Positions 1-11,868 of a stretch of 64,000 nucleotides of DNA are shown here, piece by piece. Position 1 is the first letter of the stretch; every line of letters begins with the position of its first letter. Position numbers and translations under genes: made by a program. The stretch spans positions 5,830,001-5,894,000 of the forward strand of contig NC_045698.1 in NCBI RefSeq assembly GCF_009834535.1, given 5' to 3'. Under the pieces are notes generated by a model. It saw only the letters and a list, made by a program, of their open reading frames with translations, ran no database searches and was not told the DNA's origin. Origin of the DNA: Camelus ferus (taxonomy: Eukaryota).

Positions 1-1099
1 AGGAGGTCATTCAGTTTTCTGGAATTACAACTAGCCCCACAGGAAACTTGAGGCTCAATACATGTGTTTTTCAATCTCATTTTTGGTCTTCATCTAAAAG
101 TAGGCAATTTATGTGATTGAACCTCTATTTTCTTCTCCTATCCTGCTACATTTGAGGAATAAATGGAGATCTGAAGGAGAAATTTGGAATTAGAAAGCTG
201 GGATTCATAAATTCACTACTAACAAGAGACATATTGTTGCCAAAATGATAAAGAGATATACAGTTTCCGCTTCACAAGAGTATATCTGTGTCAAAGAAAT
301 GTATTTCCATCCTGTGCACATAAAATAAAATGTATGAATGTAACATAGTATGGTCTCTGAAGAAACAATCCTTTTTAATATTTCTAAAACATGCCTGTTT
401 TTCTGGAGTTCTTCCAGGAATAAATTAAAATGTTAAGCTTTTATGATTCCTATCTTTTATTATGGTTCATTTGTGCAGATAATTCTCCTTAATGAGATGA
501 TACCCATGGGCCAGGCCATATTCTTTAGAGAAGCATCAATGCTTGACACTTGTGTCTCCTGGAAGTACCATGGTCAGTTCCCTGTGCAGGGGCAGGGAGG
601 GCCTTCCTGTTTAGGTGCAGGTGTAGGGTTGAGCCCGCCTGCTGAGGAAGTCAGCTACGTGCAGGATCCAGGCAGTTCTAGAACTTGACAATGGACCAGG
701 GGATTCTGCCCTCTGTGCACTGCACACTTGCCTCAGAGGGTCAGGGACTGAAAGTCAATCAGAGAAGGCCCAAGAGTCGTGGTAGAATAAACAACAATCA
801 GTTCACTTAGGTGGACTACAAAGTTAATACTAAACAGCCAGCTTTCATGCTTCACCAAGCCATGTTTAATTCTGCAATGGTCCCATTCCAGCTTCTGGAA
901 TAGGGATGTTGAGACCTGCCCTTAAGTGTGATGCTCCTTGTTGGCCTAAATCTCAGAGAAGATTGGATAGCAGTATTTTGCAAGTCTCTGGTTATTCTGG
1001 GTCCTTCAGTTAAATGCCTACGAACCTCTCCATCTGTAAAAATCACAACCGCATCTTCCCCGTTGCTTAAGTGAAACCTTCGGAAGCACCCTTCACACC

Positions 1100-1790
1100 A
1101 TTACTTTGTGAGAAGCCTGTCTGCACCGCCTTCAGAATGTCTCCACAACTGCCCGCTTCCCCTCACCCCCCACAGCCCCACTCTGGTCTGAGTCATCAGC
1201 ACCCCTTGCCTGGATGATTGCAACAGTCTTTGAGGGATTGCCGGTGCCTCTGCTTTAGGCCTGCCTTTCTACAGTCTATTATTAACAAAACTGGGATCTT
1301 TAAATGTACGAAAATTTCCCTCCTTTGATCAGTCCCTTTCATTGGTTTCTAACTCATTCAAGGTAAAAACAAAGTCCTCTTAAAATGGCCTCTCAGGTCC
1401 CAGCCTGTGGGTTTTCCCTAATTTTTTGAGATCTTTCCTTCCACCGCTCTTCCTCTTGATCATTCCATTGACCTCTCCTGCTGTTCCCAGCACACTCCAG
1501 GCTTGCTCCCAACTTGGGGTCCAGGCCCAGCTGCTCTCTGTGCCCAAGTGCTCCTTCTCCAGTCAACCACATGCCCTCTCCCATCAGGATATTAACTCTC
1601 TGTTTACACTCTCTGCTTTATTTTTCCTTTAGGACTTACCAATATTTTACATATTCCATATTAAAGTTTTTCATATTTGTCTCTTTATAGGCATATAAGG
1701 ATGTAGAATTTTGTCTGCTTCACTGCTACATCCCAATGCCTAGATGGTGGCTGGTGGGCAGTAGGTGCTGAGTAAATGTATGTTCAATAT
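1100..1790 (+). mobile_element. LINE-2 (L2a-like) 3' portion, degraded
   Basis: L2-like motifs (ccttgcctggatgattgcaacagtc; ctacagtctatt) and an L2 3' terminus tgtctgcttcactgctacatcccaatgcctag...agtaggtgctgagtaaatgtatgttcaat. Confidence 0.8.
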
Positions 1791-2154
1791 GGGACTTGTA
1801 TGAATCATACAAATGTTTTATCCACAAAAGGACTGCTATTGCTGCTATGTGTTGTCAAAGTAATAGCAAGTTCACAGTAAGTATTTATACTTTACATTAA
1901 AAGCTTGCATGTATCTCTTAGGTCCAATTCTGTGCTGATTTTGTTTTACATTGAAATGAGGAGAAGGGACAAAAGTAAAATTGTTATCTCTCAGTTTCCT
2001 GTGAAAACTGCCATATTTTAGTACAGTTAACTCAAATTAGTCTTCTGCAAAATTTTATGAAGTTTATTAGGTGTGATATGTGTGGGCTGTTTACCTTTTC
2101 TGTTACTGATTGTCTGGTTGTTTTTGTTGTTGTTATTATTCTGTTTTGAGTGTA

Positions 2155-2235
2155 GTCAGTCAGTGGATAACATTCACCACCCATCCACCGTGTGCCAGGC
2201 ACTCTGTGTGACCCGGGCGGAGATAAGACATGGCA
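2155..2235 (-). mobile_element. L2 3' end fragment
   Basis: cagtcagt...ccaccgtgtgccaggcactctg resembles the reverse complement of the L2 tail. Confidence 0.5.
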
Positions 2236-2699
2236 GAGGCCAGGGCCACAAACATTCTAAAAGGGTAGACTGCCACCATGCTTCACTCGCAGAGGCCGCA
2301 CTGGCTGTGATCAGTAACTCCCGGTTAGGCGAGAGGTCTCGGCAGCAAGAATCTGTGGCGAGAAGGAGGTAGACAAGGAGCTGATGATTATTTTTCCTAA
2401 CAGAACTATGAACAGGCAAATCTTCCCATTTATTAGTAAACTGTGACAGGTGGGTCATGAGTGGATAGATATATGATTGAATTCTGTTCTTCTAGCAACA
2501 TAATATCATTAAATTACTAGATTATTAAAGTAGTGTTTGTTCCAGGAGGCCTCTCATTTTAATGTATATACTGTTGGTACATTAGTGTGAATTATTTATC
2601 AGGATCTTTATGAAATACTTTGAGCCCAGTGGAACTGAAGGGGAAGGTAAACGATGAGAGAGACAGAGACAGACAGAAAGACAGAGAGGAGACAGAGAG

Positions 2700-3280
2700 G
2701 AGTAAGACCACGAGCCAATGGGTGGAGTCTTCCCGAACCCAAAGGAGAAAAGGAGAGGAGACACTGCCCTACTTTGAAACTGTAGGAAGGAAAGAATTTA
2801 GACCGAAAAACAGGCTGCTTTATCCAAGAGCAGTGGCCCAGGTGATTTTCACTGCCACCCCCGACAGGTAACTTTCAGAAAGCAGAATGCTTCACCCTTC
2901 CATTGTTACAGGCACTGATGTCCGAGTGTTCTTGGGTCTCATTCTACTCCTGTTTGCACAGGATGGGGAATTTCACTTGTGAGACAGGAATGAAAATCAC
3001 ACCAACCCGACTAACTGGTTGTGCGTGGAAACTCAGGTTGACGACGAGTTTCCGCCCTGATTCCTGCCCCAGAGGCCGCACACACCGGGCCTGTTCTCCT
3101 GCTCACAGCAGCTGCCGCTGCTGCCGGCTGAACGTGTTAGTCCTGCCGACACTGAACAGGATGCAGATGATTTTCCCTGAGCGCTCCCAGCACGCGGCGG
3201 TGCTCTGCTCAGCCACTGGGAGGAGTGACAGGGAAATGAAGCAGTTTTGCTGTGCCACGAATACAGGAGGTGTGAGTCTT
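2700..3280. promoter_or_regulatory. Promoter/enhancer-like, CpG-enriched unique segment
   Basis: AGCCAATG at 2713 abutting GGGTGGAG, CCGCCC box at 3052, CpG cluster at 3040-3200, donor-like sites at 2868 (CAG|gtaact) and 3272 (gtgagt). Confidence 0.35.
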
Positions 3281-4266
3281 CACCCCAAGCTCCCCATTTC
3301 TAGACAGCTTGACAGGGAAACAGCTGAGAAGCAGTTTAGTATGTTTAATCCCTGTGAGTGTTCACCTTGAAAAATCAGTGTTTCTACTATTATTGCTCTC
3401 TGAAAATATATGTATTGCTTTTGACTTTTGGAGATAGAAATTAAACACTTCATATACTAAAATAAAAATCGAGTTTTAAAGTAAAAAATTAAAAAAAAAT
3501 AATCCCAGTGTAATACCTGAGGACCTCTAGGTGTTTTTTATTAAAACATATAATTTGTTGCCTCCCTGTTAGGACTCCAAGAATGTGCTAACATACTTCC
3601 TAATACCTCATTTTTGCTTCTTTTTCATAAAGAGAAAAAAGCAGCTTTACATACTCATCTTTTTTTTTTTTTTTTTTTTGGAAAATAATGCTGTTACAAA
3701 ACTATTCAAAAAGTTTTGGTTACTCTGGTAGAAATATACAGATTTCTGTTACAAATGAAAGTGGATAGAAACAAATACTACAAACAAAAACCATTTCAAT
3801 TCTAAACATTTTTCCATCCCCTACCCTTATTCGGTGGTTTCTAAACTGTTTGACCTAATTTCCAGTTCCACTGACATCCCCTGGGGCATAAACCTTTAAA
3901 GGAATCCAGCAGACCCCACACACTCACAGCTCACATGCTCCTCTGTGAGGACATCCACTGTAGTGCTCTGAATCGCCTGTTTCCTCCCAGAAGGATAGTC
4001 TTACAGTCATTAGCACTGGTTTCTGTTTGCAAATGGCAGCCACTAATACTAACCATTGTTTGACAGGTGGCTCTTTGCAGTTCAGATCTGCCTGTCTCTG
4101 GGGTCCCTGTTCTGAGAACTCCAACGTCATTGTGTCTCAGCATGGCCTGCCTCACATAGTGTTTCACCTTTCATAGTAAGAGATGCCTGGCTTATTTACC
4201 TGGTTCTATTCAAGACGCTTTTAGCTCTGGCAATTTTCTAGGCTCAAAAGACATCATGCTTCATCC

Positions 4267-4608
4267 TCTTGACCTAAAACAAATAGACCAGCAGGTGTTT
4301 TTCCAGCAAAAATGGGTTTATTTAGTACAGGTTTTAGCAGAGAACCGCAATTCAGGGTCTGCAACCATGGCAAGCCATGTGCAAATTCCTGAACAGCAAG
4401 GGAGGGAGAATGCTTTCCTAGGAGGGAAAAGAAGTTGAGAGGGTTACAGTAAGCAAAGAATCCACAACTTTTCATTGGCTGAGTCAGGAAAGAAAAGGAA
4501 TCTTTCTTCTTTCTGTTGGGCTCTGCTACGGTCTCAGGGATTCAGAGCTCCCTGACCTGGCCTCCTAACTTCATTTAGTTGATGTTTTTGTTTATTAATG
4601 TTTTATCA
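4267..4608 (-). mobile_element. Solo ERV1-class LTR
   Basis: About 340 bp. The minus strand starts TG, contains a CCAAT box and AATAAA (tttatt at ~4317) and ends ...ttaggtcaaga. No internal ERV sequence and no clean TSD seen. Confidence 0.7.
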
Positions 4609-5256
4609 TCTATAGCAATGAAGATCCAAAGGATTTGGTCTGCCCCAGGAGACAGCAGCCTGAAGCAGCACAGAGATGGGACATCTCAGCCCCATGGGAT
4701 GCAGATCAGACCTAGGTGCTTCCAAATTCATTAATTATCTGTGGACAGAATAAAGAAGGATATTCAACTCCCAAAGTGGTCACAAAGACAAGCAGACTTC
4801 CCTAGTCACCCTAGAAACTGATTACCATGTATACGTGGATCTCCCTCCAGCATAATGTCTGTCTTTCCCAAGAGCATCCTTCATGCAAGATATGGAGGAA
4901 CATCTGAAAAGGAACACAGAGAACTGAGGGCTACTGAGCTTACAGAACAAAACTTATGGCTATTCTGGATCTGCTTACTAAAAATAACATTCATCCTTTA
5001 CATGTTCTACACGTAGCACAACTTGGCTGTAACTTGCTTTCACATCCAATACCAAGGAAGGAAACTTAAAGAACTTGCCAGTTTCTAACTATCAGTGCGT
5101 ACATTTTTTACCAAAACGATTCAGTTGCACACAATGTATTCTCAGGTTAGTTTACAAGAGGCACCAATGGCAGATACCACCACCAACAGAATTTCGTTCA
5201 GAGCTGCCAGCTGCCTTTACCCCTACTCCTACATGACACCTCCTGGGACTGAGTCA

Positions 5257-5307
5257 GAAGGAAGGAAGGAAGGAAGGAAGGAAGGAAGGAAGGAAGGAAG
5301 GAAGGAA
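5257..5307. repeat. (GAAG)12 / GGAA microsatellite
   Basis: Perfect tetranucleotide array read directly. Confidence 0.98.
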
Positions 5308-6399
5308 AAGATACTATTTAAACACACACAATGATAGCTAAGTTCTACTATTAATGTTAACTGTTTCACAGTACAACAAATCTGTATGCAATGCCAAATT
5401 GCTACCTGAATAAAAGCCTGTTACTTTTTCTCTTGCTCCTTTATATTATGCTATGGAGCCTAATCAAAGAAATAGTTTTATTTAGTTTTATTTATTTAAA
5501 CCTTTATTTAGTACAATCAATTTTTAATCAATCAATTATTATGTCACCTGACATTACTGGTTACAAAAATGGTTAAGCAGCCACTTCTGGGAGATTGAGA
5601 TGAAATCCACAAAGGATGCTGGTTTCTGGGATTTGTCATAAATAGGAAGCTCTTTTTAGTCTGGTCTCTGAGAGGAAGAATTTTTCCCTAAGTGTTGGCC
5701 TCAAACATCTCTAAATTGAGCTAAATTCACTGGAGAGAATTCAGACACCACCACCCTCAGCTGGCTAAACAAAGACATATGGGATGCTGCATTTTCAGTC
5801 ATTTTAATCCATTCAGCACTGGCTATCACCAGCCATTTTTCATAGCGGGTTGTTCTCTTCTCCCATCTGTTGAGCCAAAGCTTCTAACCTCTTGCAATAC
5901 TTCATTCACAGTATCTAAAGGGAATTGACAGAGGGCTGAAGAATGAAAATAATTTCCTAGATGGTACCAACATTCCACCTGCACCATGGTCTCCCTGGCC
6001 CCTCAGGCAGAGATTCAGAGTGCACCAGATTCTGGAACCATCTCAGCATCAGGGCTGTACTAAGGAAAGAGATAAGAATGCCACTGTCTCTTTTGTGTAA
6101 GACTGTTGGTGTTCTCCAAAAGATCCATTGTTTTTCCTCAATACATTCATGGTGACTTTTGGCAACAGCCCTTTGGGGTTTCCTTACATCACCATGTGAG
6201 GCACAGCCGAAAGCCAAATCAACACTGCTCTCCAGGGGGAAAGAACTTTCCAGAGCTGCATTCTGACTGTGCGAAGGACATGTGTTTCCCTCCAACTTCC
6301 TGAAGTCTTCCTGCTTTTCCTAAAAGTTGAGGAAAGATAGTCAGCTAGGATCAAGAAAATAGATGGGGGAACATGGTAGTCAGGGAAAGGAGTAGAAGG

Positions 6400-8860
6400 A
6401 AGGGGAAGAAAAAGTTAAGCTGGTAGAGAAACACTTGTGAAGGTCACAGCCCGAGACACAGCTGCCTAGAGCTGACATTTAACCGACGCAATGACAGAGC
6501 ACTTCTCCTCTCCTTCACACCACACCAACAGGGCACCAGAATCATCATATCTACAGAACACTCTATCCAACAGCAACAGAAAAAACATTCTTTCATGCTC
6601 ACATGGAATATTCACCAAGATAGACCATATAACACACAATATAACAGTCTGGGCCATATAACATACAATAACAAATTAAGAGGGTAGAAAGTATGTTCTC
6701 AGACCACAATAGAGTTAAACAAACAAACAAACAAATCCGTAACAGAGAGAGGGATAATCCTTCAAATATTTGGAAATGTAACAACACACTTCAAAGTAAT
6801 CCAGATTAAAGAAGTTGCAAGAGAAATTTTACAATACTTTGAAGTACATGAAAAGAAAATATAATAGTACAATTTGTGGGATATGATGAAAACAGGACAT
6901 AGAAGGAGATCTATAGCATTTTGTGAATATGCTACAAGAGAAAAGGATCTAAAATAAATAACCTAAACTTTCATTTTAGGAAACCAGAGAAAAAAGGGCA
7001 ATTTAAGGCCAAAAGAATCAAAAAAAGAAAATGATTTTAAAAATAGAGCAGAAATCGTGGACCAGAAAACAGAAAGAAAAAAAAATGAAGAACATCAAAG
7101 AAACAAAAAAGTTGTTTTTTTGAAAGGTCAATTAAATTAATAAACCTCTAGCCAGTCAAATGGAAAAATAAAGAAAGATACAAATGATCAAGTTCAGAAA
7201 TGAAAGTCATTACTAATACTGATTCCACAGATTAAAAGAATAATAAAAGGGTACTATGAACAACTCTGCCAACAAACTTGATATTTTAGATAAAATGAAC
7301 CAGTTTCTTGAAAGGCATAAACCGCCAAAATGCAAACAAGAATAGATAATCTGGATAGCCTACATATATTAAAGAAACTGAATTAATAATTAATAACTTT
7401 CTAAAATAGAAAACACCAGGCTCAGACCACAAAACTTGTGGATTTCACCAAACCTTTAAGAAAGAAATAATACCAGTTTTCTTCCAGGTTATATACAACC
7501 AGATACAGACATTCCAGACAGGAAGCTAGAGCTAAATATCCTTCATGAACATAGATGCAAAAGTCCTCAACACATTTTTAGCAAATTGAAGACAACAATT
7601 TCTAAATTATACACCATGACCAAGTGGGATTTATTCCAGGTATGAAAGACTGGCTCAACATTCAAAAAATAGACAAACTGATTCTAAAGTTTATATGAAA
7701 AAAAAACAAAAGATCTTGAATAGCCAACAAAATACACACAAAAAAACCAAAGTTGGAGGACCCACATTACCTGATTTCAACATTTACTATAAAGCTACAG
7801 TAATCAAGTCGTTGTGGTACTGGTCGAAGACCAGACACACAGATCAGTGAAACAGGATATTCAGTCCGGATGAATAAAGTCAACCGATCTTCGACAGAAG
7901 TGTAAAGGCCAATTCATGGAGATGGTGTAGTCTCTTCAATAAACAGTGTTGGAACAATTGGATGTCCATATTCAAACAAACAAACAAAAACTCCAGAAAA
8001 CAAACAAAAACTAAATGAACACCTTATATTTTTCATAAAAATTAGCTCAAAGTGGAACACATATCTAAACGTAAAACATAAAACTATAAAATTTCTAGAA
8101 GAAAAACATAAGAGAAAACCTGTGTGTCCCTAGGTTTGGTGATAAGGTTTTGGGAGAGGGCACTGACCTAAGAAACTCTGCAAATGTCTGGAGTCTGTAA
8201 AACTAAAGGCAGAAGGAACTATACATAAGCACCATACTCTAACTGGAAAAGTCTTTTTCCCCCAAGAGTACGAGTTAACAATTCTGAAGTCACTATATGT
8301 GCAAAACTGAAATTAAATAATTAAGTAAGTAGATGGTAGATAGTAAGAGCCAGGAGTTTCCTGGTTGGGAGTGGGAGGTTACAAACAGATAAGAAAAGAG
8401 AGAAGGGTAGAATAGTCAATATGGTTAGGATTAGGGTTGGAGACATCAGTATGAACACATGTTTAGCTTTTTACTGATGTGTATACAGACCAGCTGGCAC
8501 ACACACACATGCTTCTGTGCTCTCTCAGCTGAGAGAACATAAAACAGTAACATCCTAGTAGCACAGAGCACACCCAGGTCTTGGTTTCTAACACCATTCT
8601 CCACTGAAAGGAAGCAGGGCTCCTTGGAGAAATGGATGATTCCAGAACTGGGGCAGGAAATATACACGATGAGCTTGAAGTATCTTATAGGTCCAGAAAG
8701 TACACAAATGTGCAAATATATATAAATAAACAAACACCCACAATGAAGGCACGTCACAGGAACACAGGGGCCAGTTGAAAGAACTCCCAATGGCCAAAGC
8801 TGGAACAATTTGGGCAAAATAAATAAATAAATTAGCACTTGATTCTAACTCTAAAGATAA
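6400..8860 (+). mobile_element. Old L1 (L1MD-like), internally deleted: 5' piece, ORF2 fragments and 3' UTR
   Basis: ORF2-like motifs (catggaatattcaccaagatagaccatat; catgaccaagtgggatttattccaggtatg; tactataaagctacagtaatcaag) and an L1MD-type 3' UTR (gggctccttggagaaatgg...ctcccaatggccaaagctggaacaattt). Confidence 0.9.
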
Positions 8861-8954
8861 GGTGTTCCCGCATGGATTAATTTTGCTTTGGATGGGAATC
8901 TCCAAGGACATCCTGCAAAGATGTGTCCTCCACCCAATGCTGATGAGAATTAAT

Positions 8955-9075
8955 TCAAAATTGATTTGAATGGAGATATATAGGGCCTACTACTGAGCTT
9001 TGCTGATGGCATAAAGCAGACAGGAATTAAGAATGTCTTGAACAATATAAAACCAATGCAAAAAAGATTTCCCAT
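8955..9075 (+). mobile_element. CR1/L3 LINE fossil covering the RT active-site region
   Basis: Frame from 8963 reads DLNGDI*GLLLSFADGIKQTGIKNVLNNIKPMQK, aligning without gaps to the recalled CR1 RT motif DLDxGIExxLxKFADDTKLGGxxNxLEDxxxIQxDL. Confidence 0.6.
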
Positions 9076-9299
9076 CTACGGAAATATGTTGGATCCCCGA
9101 CTGACCTTCCAGTTCAATCACTTAGAAAGTATCAGAGAAACACCGACCATGCCTCATGTACTGCTGACAGACGTGAACAGGGCTACCAGGGGCATCTGCT
9201 TTTCCAGAATATTGTATTCAATGGGTGATGGGATAATTAGTGACCTTGGGGCAGGGCAACTTTGACTACCACGGTCAGCAAAGGCCCCTCTGGGGCACT

Positions 9300-9565
9300 G
9301 ATCTGTAAATTACACCTGGATATGAGGCCAGACAGAGATAATCTGGAAGAAGCATGCTCCAGGCAGATGGTACAGTAAATGTGGTTGATGAACAGAGAAA
9401 AGGAGCAGAATGAGAAAGGGTTGATGCAGTAAGTTGAGGACTGAAATGCTGAGACTGGCCGGAGGTGGCCGATTACGTAGGTCCTTGTAGGCTGTGGTAA
9501 GGAGTTGGGTTTTATTTTAACTGGAATCAGGAGTCTTTAGTAGATTTAGGCAGTGATGGGTGGGC
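9300..9565 (-). mobile_element. L2 fragment
   Basis: gtaggtccttgtaggctgtggtaaggagttgggttttattt is typical antisense L2 sequence. Confidence 0.7.
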
Positions 9566-11186
9566 TCCGACTTTTGAGCCACAGCTCCTATCAGAGTAAG
9601 CCCTGTTGAGATGATTGTCCTTAATGTTTTATGTCCTTAATGTTAATGCTCACCCAACTGTGTCTTGGTTTCCATGGATCCAAACCACAAGGTCAAGATT
9701 CCTTGACTGCCCATGATTTCTTAGGGTAAGTATCACTGCCACCATCTGCCTTCTCTAACTTCTGTCCTCTTTGGCTTAAGATGATCTGAGAGAGTCTTCG
9801 CAACCATAAACACCTACAACCACAGGAAGGAAATAACTGGAGGAAAGTCTCTCATTACTACTACTTCCAATGAGCATAAGGATCTGTCAGCTCAGAGCAG
9901 CCTAAGCGTAAATGCCTTCATCTAGGACCATAATGGCCAAGGTGTTTCATCTATTCAAGACTTGCTCCATTTGTTTGTTTGTTTTGTATTTGTTTTTATT
10001 ATTTATAAGAAGTAACTTTTTTTTCAGGGATTTTGCTGCTACGTGTGCTAACCTTTCCAAAAAGCATTCAAATAATATATAATAAAAATATAAATTTCAG
10101 TGAAAAATTAAATAATGCTGACAGGTCAGGCATTCTAGCACACAGCAGACAGTGCTCTTAATTTAAATTGGACTTTGTACATTGCCCCTTTCCTCTTCAA
10201 CTTGTTTCCCAGGGGATTCTTCTCTGATGATGAAATAAATCAAGTCCACATAACTGTACGGAGGTTATATAGTTTTTAAGTTACTTTATTCTGTTCTGTT
10301 CAAATGTTTTGCAACCTTATAAATGGAAGATATGACTTCAGCCCCCAAGAATGACTCCAGCAAAGATGCTGAATCATGAGATGCTCTATCAGTGGCTGTC
10401 AGTTCACATTCTGCTGAGAAAAGAAAAGTTAGAGACCCACGTACCTGTGAGTGACTTTTAAGCCCCGAGTAACTGAATGAGATAACCTCAGGGTAGGCTG
10501 TTTTCCAGTAGGCAGGTTCCTATACCCTAAATTCAGTCTGAGCTTCTCAGAAAGCGAAAGGAGAGGCATTTTAGAGCTCTGACCTCAAAGGGAGACCTTG
10601 AACAGCTTAACCCAACAGGGATGGCCTGGGGCGACAGGATAGATGAGAGGCCAAGTAAATCCTCTTAAAGTGAAAGTGCGGCCGCCGTGGGTGTCGGCGC
10701 TGGGCGGGCCAGGGGAGTTGAGTCCCTGGGAATCACAAGTGGCCAGAAAGTGGCTGCACTGAGGCATCTTTGGCTTACAAATTAGAGACTTGTTATCTAC
10801 AGAACAAGGGGACCCAGTTTCAGGTAGGAGGGTGAAAGCTTAGAAGAGCAGTGTACAAAATCATAAAACAGAACAAAACACGAGAGCAAGTAACCTGTTG
10901 CTACCAAATTTCAGGCACAGTGTGTCAGAATTCAGGCCTCATACGCTTCATCTAATGTAGTGTCGGGATCGTTGGCCAGCATCATCACATCCCCATGCTT
11001 GACAAAAACCTGCGGACACCATGAACACAGCATTCAGCGTGTGCGCACTGACTTTACAGAGGGGCCATATTTGATGTGCATGACTAGGATTAATTAAATA
11101 ATTAAATAAGGTTAAACCTTATACAAGGCGTTAGTTCTAGAAGAAGGAGCAAAAGAACTTGCATCCAATGACTTGTGGTTCTAGAC

Positions 11187-11364
11187 CAGCTGTTCCCAAA
11201 CTTGAGTGAGCGTTAGAATTATTCAGAGGGCTGCTCAAAACACGGTTTGTTGGTTTCCTCCCCAAGATTCCTGAATCAGCAGATGGGGCTGGGGAATTTT
11301 CATTTCTAATAGTTCTCAGTGATGTGGAGCGGCTGGTCCCAAGACGGGGCCCTAATTACCACTG
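11187..11364. mobile_element. MER5A-like hAT-Charlie non-autonomous DNA transposon
   Basis: cagctgttcccaaactt...ccactg termini, about 180 bp, left flank ttctagac matching the Charlie NTCTAGAN target preference. Confidence 0.8.
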
Positions 11365-11769
11365 TTTCAGGCTAGAGGCAGAGGGAGAGAGCTCGGAACT
11401 GAGCACCAAGCTAGCACCAGAGAATGTCCACCAGGATGAAGCAAGACAGACCAAAGTCACTGCCTGACGTTGAGAGTGTTTCATATCTGTTGTATTTCAA
11501 ATCAATTGTATCTACCTCACTGTATTCTAAACTAGATAACTGGTATTAATCTCATTTTCTTGATAGTAAATGATTCAGAGTCCCAAGATGTGAAGCTAAC
11601 TTGGTATTAAGAATAGTAACAACAGTAGATAAAGGGACCCCGATCACAAGTGATTCTTATGTCCCTAAAACACCCGAAGTTTAGGATCACTGTGTAGTGA
11701 GAGATTACAATTCCTCAAGTACATTACGGTTTTATTTTTTTTAATTTATTTTCCTTATCCTCCATACAA

Positions 11770-11868
11770 GGCCTCTAATCTGCAGACCTGTGAGCTAGTA
11801 CATGGGTGTTATCTTAAGCTGCTAAATTTATATGAATTAGCAGTAAGCAACAACAGAAAACGAACACA
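11770..11868 (+). mobile_element. MLT1 (MaLR) LTR 3' end
   Basis: ctgtgag...tgttatcttaagctgctaaattt...gcaacaacagaaaacgaacaca. Confidence 0.6.

Noticed and set aside
5095..5334. ORF with EGRK repeats
   Set aside because: Translation of the GGAA microsatellite
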